The position numbers and the translations under genes were made by a program. A stretch of DNA of 64,000 nucleotides. It comes from Felis catus. Lineage: Eukaryota. A model generated the notes under the pieces. It was not told where the DNA came from, did not search any database, and saw only the letters and a program-made list of their open reading frames with translations. Shown here piece after piece: positions 22,758 through 35,285 of this stretch. Position 1 is the first letter of the stretch. Every line of letters begins with the position of its first letter. The stretch spans positions 81,036,001-81,100,000 of the forward strand of contig NC_058368.1 of the NCBI RefSeq assembly GCF_018350175.1. Reading direction: 5' to 3'.

Positions 22758-24609
22758 CGGTGTTTTCTCTTTTAATTTATTTATGCCGTTCGGTTGAGAA
22801 CAGGAGCTAGTTCTGGAGTAGCCGCCATCCATGAAATAGTTGATGTAGGAGTGAGCTGTTCAGCGGTTATGAAATCCAAAGGCCTGTCATCGTTGAGAAG
22901 AGATTACCAGTGTCTGTGTCACTCCTGCCGAACTCCTAGGCTGTTCTATTTTCTTTGCCCATTGTAAATCACGAGGGTATCACCCCAGGCAAATAGTGGC
23001 TTAGATTGTTTATCTGTCTGTGCTAATAGCATTTTATTTGAAGTCTTAAAAGTCCCAAGTGGCTTAAAAGGGCACTATTACTCGACTTCGCATTTTATTG
23101 CAAAATGACTAGGTCCAGCCTCGTTTACTTGGCTTTGAAGTCTTAATGCTACTTGGCTGTCAGATCCACGCATGTCCTTTCCAATTTAAACTTTGCAGGA
23201 TTCCCTTGAAACAAGCCCCTTTCCTCTGCAGGGAATGAGGGACATTTAATAACTTGTAAAAATATTGTTTCTGAGATAGTAACATGTTGTCACTGATGTG
23301 ATACATTTCACTAGTGGGTTTATCGCCAGCGTGTCTGAGAAAGAGGCTAACAATTTAAATGACACTTTTCTAAGTAAGGGAGGGTACGTGACTGAATAGT
23401 GATGGATATTTATTTTCTGTTAAATTATTTTTAAGAAGGTAATCTGCATTGCCCACTGCACCCCCATTCTGGCAAAAAAACACATAGGGTGAAAATGTTG
23501 GAAAGTTACACAATCCTTGGAGTAATCAATAAATACATCCTTAGAAAAAAATGCATTCAAATGTTGGCTTATCTCCAAGCAGTATTTCAATCTGTAGAGA
23601 TGTGCAGTCCCTCAGGGCAACAAACAATTAAGAGAAGTTGGTGGGGTGACTAGAAGGACTGTGGGTGTCGCTAACCCCCAGACTGAACCATCATCTGATA
23701 TAAAGGGGTTGCATCGCCCAGAGTGATGGAGTCCCCCTCCCCACCGACTTCCATAGAGTTGCTGAACCTTGAGGTGACAGATGGGAAATATGGTGACAGT
23801 GAGCAGAACTGGTGTGGAATTTTGGTCTGTAACCCGTGTATGGTGGCCCACGCAACCCATGGGTTACAGACCAAATATTTAACTGGCTAGATGTTATTGT
23901 GTGTGTGTGTTGTGCGTGTGTGGTGTGTGTGCGCACATATGTATGTGCATGTGTGTGTGTGTCTCTGTGTATTTAGGAAAACATAATGTGCACAATCTAC
24001 TGGGTGACATGTTTTAGAGAAACTCCCTGGGATCTCCATCCAGGTTGTAGATAAGAACACCCACCAAAGAAACTTCTCTATTTCTCTATATATTAGAGAA
24101 ATATATAGAGAATATATTCTCTAATATATTCTGGGTGCCTCCCACTGTCCCCCATGTGGCTGGCACTCCCTGGAGCTGTGAGATGCGGTGTTATAGCCAT
24201 AAAGCCAAGGGGGATAGACTGCCAGCCTCATTCCCGAGGACTCTTTCTTGGTATTCTCAGTGGTACTGATCAGAGGATTGTGAGTCTAAATGCGGTTGAA
24301 ATTCAGAACCGTCTCACATGACAGGGCTCTCCCATAGCCTCCATACTTTGGTGACAGAACCCATGTGGGTGACGCCCACACGCCGGGGTCTGCCCCACTC
24401 ACCCAACACTTCTGTAGGGTCCTCACTTGCCTGGCTTGGTGGGATCCGTACTTGAGGGCGATGACCCACCCTGGAACTGCCCCAGCTGATGGGAGAGCCC
24501 GATCCCCCAGGATCTTTTGTCATCAAGCTCTTGAGGGTGTCAAGTTCAGAGGTGGCTTCCAGCCCAGGCAGCAACCACCGTAAGTCCACACCGCTGGCCA
24601 CCACCACTA

Positions 24610-24800
24610 ACAATAGTGCCCTCCTCTCTGCTGGCCACGGTGCTCATGCTTGGCAAGAGTCACCTCACTTAATCCCACAGTAACCCTATTTCACCGAAAA
24701 AGAAGCCAGAGCTCAAGCAGGGTAGGAAAGTTCCTGAGTTTGCCAGAAAGCGGCTGGGTATGCATTCTACCCAAGCCAGTGACACCAGGGCCCCGCGTCT
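24610..24800 (-). mobile_element. MIR fragment
   Basis: CTCACTTAATCCCACAGTAACCCTAT resembles the antisense MIR core; diverged. Confidence 0.5.
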
Positions 24801-25254
24801 TTCCCTCCACCATTTCTCCTCTGTTTTATTTTGTTATTGCAGATGCAGAAAAGTGAGATCCTGGGAGGGATCCTTGGTTGGGGCTCTTTGTGAATTTCCA
24901 TGTAACTGGCCCTGTTGCTTGGGGAGGCCGTTTCAAACCCTCTGCACCCTGACCTCTCCATTTGTGGGCGAAAGCAGAGGTTAACCCTCCCGTACAGTGA
25001 GGGGGAGGAAGAGCAAAATCTTGGAAAATAATTCCTCTAGCACGTGCAAAATCAGCATCCAGATAATGCCTCCAGGGAGATGAGGACTGTTCCTTGTCAG
25101 GGGACCGGATGTGGCACAATCAAGAGACACGCAGAGACGTTGGTTCACTTTTATTTCCTTTTTTTTTTTTTTAAAAAAACCCTGCAATTCTATTTATTTT
25201 ATCCAGAAGTGACGAGAAAGCCCAATCTACAGATACTGGTGTAGAGGAGATGCA

Positions 25255-25560
25255 TGTCAGAAGAAGGTAATTGACGGTAAATGTCAAATATTAAATCCTA
25301 TCTGGTTATTACCCAGCATATTAGCGATGTAAGTAGCTTAACAATTACAGCTGTGATTGACTAGGTGGGAACCAAAATCCTAAACACCCAGCGCCAGAAG
25401 GGATAATTATAACACATTAGCACCTGCTCAGACAAGATTGACAATTCCAGCCTAACATCTGCTTAATATCACTTTCATACTTTCACGTATTTTTTTCCCT
25501 TTTGAATGGGGTAGCGTAAGATTTCCTCAAGGATAACAATAACCCAACATCTATGTTATT
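25255..25560. promoter_or_regulatory. Putative conserved non-coding element
   Basis: Repeat-free AT-rich block with TAATTG, CAATTA, TAATTA, TGTCAA and TTGACA motifs; inference only. Confidence 0.35.
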
Positions 25561-28500
25561 CATTCACATTATCACGGCTGCTTGTTGTCTGTGGTCAGGT
25601 TTCCTGCTGACACGTTTACAGTTGAATAAAGAGCAGAGAAATGAGGTACTGGGGACCAGGCAGGCACAGTTGTGGTGTGTTTCTTGAAAACGTTCCTGTC
25701 AGCCCGACGCGTTTGAAAGAAATCCCAAAACATAGTGCTCAATCGGTTGGTAGTGTCTGTGAGAATAGGTACACATGCATTAAACTGGATTGGGCTCAGA
25801 GAGCGTGATCGGTTGGCCTCTCCATGAAAGCCACAGCAGTACTGGCCCCCCACAAAGGCGTGTGCCCCTGGACCTCTCAGGGTGAACAGGGCGACACCGA
25901 GACAAAGGCACGCTGCATATTCCCCACGTTGCTTTTTCTGGAAATATTTGAGAAGCACGTTGGAAAGACCCTGTGTCCCTTTCGGATTTGGTTTGCCCGC
26001 ATCTGTACGGAACTAAAGGTACAGAGTTCTTGCCTGTGTATTAGGACGGAAGTGGAAGTTCATTTTAGTGACTTACTGTTGAATGAAAACTATTGCTTAA
26101 TACTCTCCCGTTTTGCTCAGGATGCCTGACTGTCCCCACAGTCAGGTGGTGAACTGGTCTCATCCATAGGGAACCGCAGGTCAGGCATCTGGGCAGGGAG
26201 TCGGCTGCGGAAAGCTGCAGAGCTGAGCACACGGGACGTGGAGTTTTCTCAAAGGGGCTTGTGTTCACTGATGAATGCTTACATCTCACAGCCGTCAGTC
26301 TCTTGTCCTCTTACCCCTCATAGGTTCTTGCATTTTACAAGCGTTTGTCGAGCATCTATCATACACCAGCCTCGGTACGAAGTCTTTCAGGTGGAACCTG
26401 CAGCATTACGAAAAGCACAGAGCCTTCTGGTCATGCTTAAGGCAGGGGCCCCAGTGCAGGCTGAACAGACTGGAGGCAGGGGGCTGGCCATGTAGGGGAA
26501 GGGGGAGGAGCACGGCCCCAGTGGAGGCCTCGGGCCCTCTGTGGCTCATTCCTGTTTCGGGGCTGCAGGGGGGCCTCTCTTGGTGGCCCTGGCCGCACCC
26601 TGTCTCCTACCCAGCTGCCATGCAAACCAGCGAATCGGAAGTCCACTGGCTGGGAGGCGTCAGACTGGTGGGTGCTAGCACTTTCTATCCCTCCACCAAC
26701 TCATGCACGCGCCTCTGTGCCGGTGGGACCCCGGCCTCCCTTCCTCGGCACGTCCAGCCCCCTCTGTTCCCAAGGCTGCCTTGTGCAGAACCACATGGCA
26801 AACGGAGTGTGGACTCTCTTGACCTAAATCTGCTCTGATGGGCTCACTGTGGTCCAGGCCCTGAGTGGTCCTTGGGATCTGCTCTGATACAGACAGATAT
26901 GCTGCTGTCCTGTGGAGGTTACCACATGAGAGGGAAAGCCATCACTGTATGGCCCGTGTTTCACGGGGCAAGGAGAGGACTGGGGTGCCAGCAGCTGAGC
27001 TCCACCTGGCGGGGGGGTGTGGAACCTCCACCTCGAAGTGCTAGTTGAGTCCTGGATGAGAAGTAAGAACTGGTTCGGAGGAACAGTCATTTCCTTCACT
27101 AATGCAGCTTACCAAACCCCGGTGGTTAAAAATTCCCATTAATCCAATAAACAGTCTTCGTAGTAGTGGATAAGCTTGTATCATAATACCCGGACCGTTG
27201 CAATAATCAGGAAGAAAATGGGCTGTGTTTATAAGCATAAAATCGAGGCCATGCAAAAATGAAACCTTGTACCGTGTTCGATCTCTTGAAATGGTGCCAT
27301 CTTGCTAAAGAACAAGGCTCGTGAACTACGGGGAAAGCTTAGGTGCACAGATGCTGACAGTGATCTTGGTGTCAGGAGGACACTGGTCACAGGAGCCTGA
27401 CGTTCTGAGGGTGCAGTTTGGCTGGCGTAAGGGTTACCTAAGAGCGTATATGGACTCCCGGCGCGGTCCTGATAAACAGTTAAAGAGCGGCCTTTTCACC
27501 AGCAGATCCCCCCGGAATTGTGCTGGGCGCCACTGCCCACGTGCATGGGGCTGCTGGGACTGCGTTGGGGTGGAGGTCTCCCCTGGATGGTGTGCCTTCT
27601 CCCCAGGCAGACTCTGAATGGGAAGCGTCCTTGGAGGCTGAATCGCGAGGACTGGGACTGCGGACCTGCTTCTTCCTCCCCCACAGGGGGCCTTCTCGTG
27701 GCAGTGGATTTGGGAGGGAAAAGGGAGAAAATGGCACCCGGTGCAGCCCCGTCGACGGCAGTGTGAGAGGGAACGGCAACTCCGACGCACCCTTACTCCG
27801 TCCCGATGCACCGCATCCCGCAGGACGCCAAGCACGTTGTCTGGGTTTGCAAGAGCTTGTTATCTCTGCTCCCCGGCTGTGCTCTCGATGAGCAGCCCGT
27901 CTGAAGTGTGTCTTAACGGCTGGCTTTATGCACCAGATACGAGATCCAAGAGGCTGATACAAGTACAAGAACACGTGGCTTGTGACAGCAAACCGGAACC
28001 TTCTCCTAAGTAGGAGAGGGTCATTAGGCGTCCCAGTGAGGATTTAGGTTCAGGCCACGGGAATCGTCCCGCCTCCAGGCCACGCTGGAGGGACAGCAGG
28101 GCCGCTGTGGGGCTCACGCTTTTCTGTGTCGTGCACATCCAGGCGGCGGCTTGGATGTCACGGGCTTCGTTCCTGCTGCTTCTCGTGTTCGTATCCAGAT
28201 ACCGTTTGCTGCTACCGCTTTACCGTCCGGGCTGTAACGTGCAGCTGCGTGGCAAGTTGAGGGCCGGATATCGGGAACATGGTAGCAGTGATAATAGGTA
28301 GGAAGGTAGGGATCGGTGTTACCAGAAGCTTTTGCGGTGAGCTGAGAATCTGGCCAAGGCACGTGTGGTCACGAGAGTGGACGCTACTCTCTTCCACTTG
28401 CCTACTTCTGTCCCCATCCAAGCACTGTCATTTCAGCAGCAAGGGTTCTCACACGGGGAGGGAAGAACGCGGGGCCGTCCCGTCTGTGCTGCATGAACTT

Positions 28501-29692
28501 GTTGTCTGCTGTGCTGTCACCGTGCCAGCAGCTTCCCGAGATGAGACCCCCCTCGTGATCCTTCCTCTGGGACAGAAGGTGTAAAGCCCCCAGGCACGGT
28601 GGGGCTGTGCATTTCAGAAGTGGACATCCTGCTGAAACCAGCATGGCTTAGCGCCCACAGGGTCGCCCGTTGGGGTCGGCTGCACACGCGGACTCCCGCC
28701 AGCGAGGTGTTGGCTACTGAGGACCTGCCACGAGTGATCTCCCCACAGTGGCCTCATCGTCTCTGTCCCAAGTGGCACTCTGACCCCCCACCTTCTAGTT
28801 ATGGAAACTTCACAGATGGGGGTGAAGAAACTCACACAAGAAGCATTTTCCCTCATGTGTAAGATTGTGCTTATTTTCTGCCTGGTTCTGAGCTTAGAGG
28901 GAAGTTCCTGACCAAGCAGAGCTGATGCTGCTCGAGAAAAGCTCCTCAGCCCCCTTGTTCAGGGAGCCGTTCGCCAGTGTCCTGGGCGCCCTGACAGTGA
29001 GATGCTCACGCTATATTACATCTTATACCTAACATTTATACACAGCATTTAATAGTAGCATGATATAAAATAGTATATAATTCATATAATATACTTATTA
29101 TATATAATTCATATGCATAGTAGAGAATTATAATTTTAGACGGTATTTACCCTCAAGTCTTAAAATGGCAGATAACGGCTACAAATTCAGTGGCGCATAT
29201 CCTGGAGGAGCGCTGGTTCCCCCCTTGACGGGGCCAGGGTGGTGCACAGCTAATGACTTGGGAAGGTAATAGAGCAGACCAGCACCCCGCTCCAGCACAG
29301 CACCAGCTGTGTCCAGCACCCAGAGCAGAGGGGCTGCCTCTAGGACCTGTTTTACCCTGACAGAGACTGAAATATTCACAAACATCTGAACAGTAGTGCT
29401 GGGGACAGTGGAGCCGGACGACCTCGGTCCAGGCGGTGGGGAGGAGCAGTGCGGGAGTGGTGGGGGGACCCCTGCCCCCGCCTCCCCCCACTCCGCAGCC
29501 TCTGGCAGTCACTGCTCCACGTGGCTTCCTGCTGTTTGCCTCTTCCAGAACGTCCGATGAGAGAATCTACAGCGCTGTAGCCTTTCGAGACTGGCTTCTT
29601 CAACTTAGCAAATGAATTAAAGATTTATCCATTGGCAGCATGAATCAATACGTTTGTTCCTTTCTGTGGCTACTGTGAACATTCGTATACTA

Positions 29693-29973
29693 TGTGTGGG
29701 CGTGTGTGCATGTGTGTGTGCGCACGTTTGCATGTGGATGTACATGTGTGCGTGTGTATGCGCAGGTGCGTGTGTGCATGTGTGTGCACGCATGTGCATG
29801 TGTGTACATGTGCGAGCATGCATATGTACATGCGTGCATGTGTTTGTGTGTCCGTGCACATACATGTGCATGCACGCATATGTACACGTGTGCATGCATG
29901 TGTGTGCACTGTGTGCGTGCATGCACGTGTGTGCACACGCGTGTGTATATGTGTGCGTGTGCATGCACGTGTG
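29693..29973. repeat. Compound alternating purine-pyrimidine tract (TG/CA/CG/TA)
   Basis: About 280 bp of near-continuous RY alternation. Confidence 0.95.
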
Positions 29974-30510
29974 TGTGACCGAGTCCGAGCTCCTTCCACT
30001 CTCCCCACGACAGGCCAGGACGTGGCGAGGCAGGATGTTGAGGTAAGGAAAACGACTGGATTCGGAAAGCCAGCAAACCGAGGAGATGGCGGATGGTTGT
30101 CCTAAAGAACCATCTCTCCTGGGGAAGAAATTCCAGCCTCTTTTATGTTGGCAAAAGGGGGAAGCAGGAGAAGGTTGGAGTCAAAAGTACTGATGTCTGT
30201 AGACATCTGAGGAAGGTCCAGTAACTTCTTGTCCCCAGTCAGTTGATCTTTAGGTACAGAATCTGGTCATGCTATTCCTCTAAATCTTAAACACAGCATG
30301 GTCCTTTCTGTACGTACTTCCGTATCTCCTCCGGTGAGGCACGTTTTGGGCAAAAAGCAGTTTTTGCAAATCTTAGCAATAAGCCAACCCCCCTGGATGT
30401 TGACATGCCTACGTGCAGGGCAAGGCAGAAGTTTCTAAGCTACAGGTCACAGCAGCAAGGGAAATAGAACCAGCGTGGAGACAGACATGCTAAGTGTTTT
30501 TCCCGTTATG
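29974..30510 (-). mobile_element. ERV1-class solo LTR
   Basis: TGTGACCGAGTCCGAGCTC..ATTCGGAAAGCCAGCAAACCGAGGAGATGGCGGA..GTCCTAAAGAACCATCT matches the antisense U5/R end of laurasiatherian ERV1 LTRs as remembered; flanked by GTGTG on both sides, and L1 resumes after it. Confidence 0.7.
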
Positions 30511-31774
30511 TGTGTGAGTGAACATAAAAGTTTTAAATTCAGTGGGGCAAATCCCCAGGAGTAGGACTTCTGGATCACGTGGTACATATATGTTTAACTC
30601 CCCAGGAAATCACGAAACTGTCTCGGAAAGTGACTAGACATGTTCCTATCAGCCATGAATGAGAATTTGTTTCTCTGCACCCTTGCCAGCATTCGGTATT
30701 GTGAGTTTTAACATTTTTATTCATTTGTTTTTATTTTAATCATTCTAATTGGCGAATAGTGATTGGTATCTCATTGAGTTTGAATTTTCATTTCCTTAGT
30801 GACTAATGCTGTTGAGTATCTTTTCATAAGCTTATCTGCCATTGATACATCTTCTTCGGTGAAGTAGCTGATCAGATCTTTTGTCTGGTTTTTATTGGGG
30901 TGTTTGTTTTTTTTATTGTTGACTTTTAAATATTCTTTATATATTTTGGGTAGAAGACCTTTATCAGATACGGATTTACGAACATTTCTATCTGGCCCGT
31001 AGCTTGTATTTTCACTGTCTTGACCGTGTTTTTCACAAAAGATAAGTGTTTGCTTTGATAAAGTACAACTTACCAACTTTGTATTTTTTAATGGATCGTG
31101 CTTTTGGTGTCATATCTAAAAACACATCACCAAACCCAAGGTCAAGTAGGCTTTCTTCAAGAAGTATGATAGAGTTAACCTTTTACATTTAGGCATATGA
31201 TCTGCTTTGAGGTAGTTTTGGATAAGGTGTGAAGTGTGGGTCAAGGTTGATTTACTCACTTACATAGGGATGTCCTGTATTTCCAGCAACATTTTTTACT
31301 CTGTCTTTTCCTCCATCAAGTCAGTGTTGCCACCTTGCCCCAAATCAGTTGGCTACGTTTTTGTGGATCTGTTGTGAACTCCATCCTGGTCTGCTGGTTT
31401 ATGCCCATACATTAGATGCTATCACATTTGCTATACCATGAATTTGGGCAATTTCTCGTTGGAATTCTCTTGGCTATTCTAGTTCCTTTGTCTTTGAACA
31501 TACATTTTGGAATCAACTGGTTAATACCTATAGAAAACCTCGTTGAGATTTCGATGCAGATTATAGATCCAGTTGGAGAGAGCTGACATCCTAGCAACAA
31601 TGGGCCGTGTTCCACGAACAGTCCATCTTTCCATTTATACATCCCTCCCTTGGTTTCTTTCATTGGCATGTTCATAGTAGAGAGACCTGCACATAGTCTG
31701 TTACATTTACACCTAGGTACTTCGGTTTGGTGTTAAGGAGTATTGGTGTTTTAAAAGTTCAAATTCTAATTATT

Positions 31775-32405
31775 TGTGGCTCAAGAGCTCAGCTGAGCTG
31801 AGAGAGCTGAGCTGCCAGATGTCAGAGCAGCTGATTAAGAAAACAAGCCACGTGGTAAGGACAGTGTTAAGCCTTCCACCCTCTGGTTCAGTAGTGTGAG
31901 CAGGAGGCCAAACCGGAGAGCACGGTGGCTCCCTCAGTCTGTTTGCACCCATGGAATGGCACCGGCTGGGGTCAGATGGACCAGGGCAGACGTGGGGTGA
32001 TCTCACTGCTGAAGGGGCCCCGAAGAGAGGGGTCCATGGTTTTATGGACCTGGGGGCTTGGGGGCGAGCAGGGGAGGGCTGGGAGAGGAAAGCAGTGACC
32101 ACTGAGTCAGAACAGTGTCTTCAAGATTCCTCCTGACCCCTCAGTAAGGAGGGGCACCTGAGGAAGAGACCCCCAAATTGGGGCGCCTGGTTGGAAGGTA
32201 GATACACATAGGAGCACAGCTGGCCAGGGGGTCTGAGTCCTTGAAGCAACTCCCCTTAGAGCCCATGATGCGTGGACTGCGCCTCAAGTCCGATGCGGGG
32301 AGACCACCTCCCCTGTGCAGTGTGCTGGATGGAGCCTTTGCAACTGCCTGTGGCTTGCTGAGAGATTATACACAGGGGTTCGGCCAGGCACCGGACTCTT
32401 CCACT
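31775..32405. mobile_element. GC-rich insertion splitting L1 ORF2, probably an ERVL-type solo LTR
   Basis: Abrupt compositional switch, begins TGTGG, about 630 bp, T-rich L1 sequence on both sides; family not identified. Confidence 0.45.
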
Positions 32406-33287
32406 GGCACATAGGAGTACAGGTTGGCTTTTGGGCTTTGTATGGTATCTCGTGAAATTCTTTAACTCGCGTATTAGTTCTGGGAGCCTTTTTGAAGGTT
32501 TGGGGTCTTTTTCCTGCATAGATAATTGTGTCGTCCGCAATTAAGGACAATTTTATCTCATCCTTTCCAGTCTGTAGGTCCTTTCTTTCTTTCTCTTGTC
32601 CTGTTGTGCAGAACTTCCAGTGTGATGTTAAGTAGGAGAGGTAATCATGGACATACTTCCCGTGTTCCCAAACTCGGAGGAAGAATTCACGGCCTCATCG
32701 TCAGCACGGCGTTAGCTGTGGGGTCATCGAAGACTCATGCCCTTTATCAGATTAAGGGGCTCACTTCTGTTGCTTCTTTGCTGAGGATTTAGATCATGAA
32801 TGGATGTTGAGTTTTGTTAAAAGCTTTTTCTGCACCTGTTGAGTTAATCACATGGTTTTTATTTTTTTGTTCTATTTATACGGGGAATTACATAGATGAG
32901 TCGTCAGATGTTGAACTGGCCTTGTGTTTCTGGAATGAACCCGAGCTAGTTGTGTTGTGTTGGCCTCATTACATGTCACTGGGTTCTATTTACTAACTTT
33001 TCTACTTTTTTCCATCTGTGTTTCTGTTTTCCTCTTTTTCTGTATCCTCTTACGTTAAGTGAGCATTTTTTATGAGTTTGTTGAGTAATTTCCCTGGAGC
33101 TTAAAATATGCATTTCAGGGTTCGTCCCACTCTTGAGTACGTTTGTGCCCATTTGAGTGGCGTATAAGACCCTTACAACAGTGGATTGCCAGCCCGCCGC
33201 CTATTCCTGTGCGACGTTCGGCATATCCTCTTTCTTTACGTATCCTATAAACATCCGAGGCATTGCCACTGTTTTTTTTCTTTAAAC

Positions 33288-33491
33288 CGGGGATTAACTA
33301 AATTTTTCGTTAGACCAGGTAATAACTATGGTGGGTGTTACAGGCTCTGTGTTGTCTGTGCAGCTAGTCAGCTGAAATCGGGCATAGCTGATGTGGGAAT
33401 GCACACTTTTCACTGTTTTCTGGTGAAACTTCACTCACACAAGCAGGTGGTGGGTAAGGTTTGACCAACAGGGTGTCATTCTCCAGCCCTG
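33288..33491 (+). mobile_element. MER58A-like hAT-Charlie element
   Basis: About 200 bp, CGGGG..CCCTG ends, 8-bp TSD CTTTA(A/G)AC at 33280-33287 and 33492-33499; internal AAACTTCACTCACACAAGCAGGTGGTGGG..TTTGACC. Confidence 0.7.
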
Positions 33492-35163
33492 CTTTAGACG
33501 GCTACCTTTCTGAGAAAGTGAAAAATGAATTGAAACGCACCATTACAGTATTGTTTCCAGTGTCTTTTCACTCCCTTGTGCAGATTCAAGTGTTAGGGTC
33601 ATCCAATCCTTCTAACCGGAGAATGTCCCTTAGCTTTTTTTTCCCTGTCGAATACGTCTACTGACGAATCAAATTCCCAGCTTCTGTTTTTTCCTAAGAA
33701 AGTCTTTATTTCTCCTTCATTTTTGAATTCTATTTTCTCTGGAATTCAGAGTCCACGGTTTTTCTTCTTTCAGCAGTTTAGAGGTGTGACTTCATTGTCT
33801 CCTGGTTCCCTTGGCTTCTGGGTCCTTGTCTTTGTGACGGGCCCCGGTCCTCTGCCTCCCACCTTTGCCATTCTTTGTTGTTGTTTTCAACAGTTTCACG
33901 TGACACCCTAGGTGGATTGTTTGTTCTGATCCTACTCGGTCTTCTTGGAGCTGACTGGATCTGTGGTTTGGTGCCTGCCATTAATTTTGGAGCATTCGTG
34001 AGCAATGTTCCTTCAAACATTTCTTCTGCTTGTTCTCTCTTCTTCTCCTTTGCTGTTGCAATTGTGCGTGTTCTGAACATTTGCCACGGACCCGCAGCGC
34101 TTGGATATGCTGCTCTGGGTTTTTCTTTCTTCTCTACACTTGTTCTCTTTGCATTTCAACTTTGGTAATTTCTGTTGACCTGCCTTCCAGTTTACTGACT
34201 CTCTTACGCCTGCATCAAATCTGCTGATGAGGCTTCAAGACACTTCTTCATCCCATGACAGTGGGGTTTTAAAATTTCTAGCATTTCCGTGTGTTTTTTT
34301 TCCTTAAACTTCCATCTCTCTGCTGGAATTCCCATCTGATCTTTTATGTGACCCACTTTTTCTGTTAAAGTCTTTAACATACTAATTATAGTTATTTTAA
34401 ACCCCCTGGCAGATAGTTCAACAACTGTCTCGTAGCTCAGTCTGGTTCCAAGGATTGTCCTCCATTGGGAATGTGTTGGTGTTCCTGGCTTTTTTGTTTG
34501 TTTGTTTTTAATGCCTTGTCATGTTTTCTTGGGAGCTGTGCATGTTGTGTAGATGAGCAGAGTGAGAGAAATAGTATCCATGCCTGGGGGTGGGTGTGTC
34601 TGTCTTTCTCCTGAATCTGCAGTGTGAGGTTTGCAGCCCCTGGGTGGGAGTTGGGGGTGTGTGGGGTTTATCACTGCAGTAGCTCCCTCCATGGGAGCAG
34701 GCTTTAACACCTGCAGAGATCCCTTGCGGGGAGGTGGGGCGTGGGGGGAGCAGGGTGAGTCTGTGTTTTCAGTCTTCCCTCAACACGGTACCCCCGGGAG
34801 GGTGTCTTTCAGGCGCCTTCCCCTCCCCGTCCCTCTCCCAGCAGGACTCTCTTGGGATTTTTCTGCCTTTTGTTAGCGGAGCTCCTTAGCCCCTTAGCCT
34901 GACGCTGGTGGTGGGTGGGGGGTGTGGTTTCTGTCCTTCTGATGGAGGCTCATTCCTAGGCTTGCACCCTTCCCCTGGGTCTTGGGGGTGTGGCTCTCTC
35001 AGTTCCCTGCCTCCCCTCTGTAACAGTTGTGGACTCAGAGCTTAAATTTAAAACCCAGGAGTAGGCCGGGGGTTTTGTTTTGTTCTGTTCTGTTCTGTTC
35101 TGTTTTCCCGTCTCTCCCCCCTCAGTCCCCTGCTCCGTGGTCACCAGTGCCCCCGCCAGTGGA

Positions 35164-35285
35164 CCACAGTTTGTCCTACGGTGGAGATGGGGGGGCCACG
35201 GTTTGTCCTATGGCAGAGATGGGGGGCACAGTTTGTCCTATGGCGGAGATGGGGGGCCACGGTTTGTCCTACGGCGGAGATGAGG
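35164..35285. repeat. Minisatellite, 4 copies of a 30-32 bp unit
   Basis: Unit CAC(A/G)GTTTGTCCTA(C/T)GG(C/T)(G/A)GAGATG(n) with variable G-run. Confidence 0.93.

Noticed and set aside
29617..30105. Cys/Val- and His/Thr-rich ORFs here and at 48.7-49.2, 55.1-55.7 and 61.7-62.4 kb
   Set aside because: Translations of (TG/CA)n tracts, open in many frames because such repeats lack stop codons.
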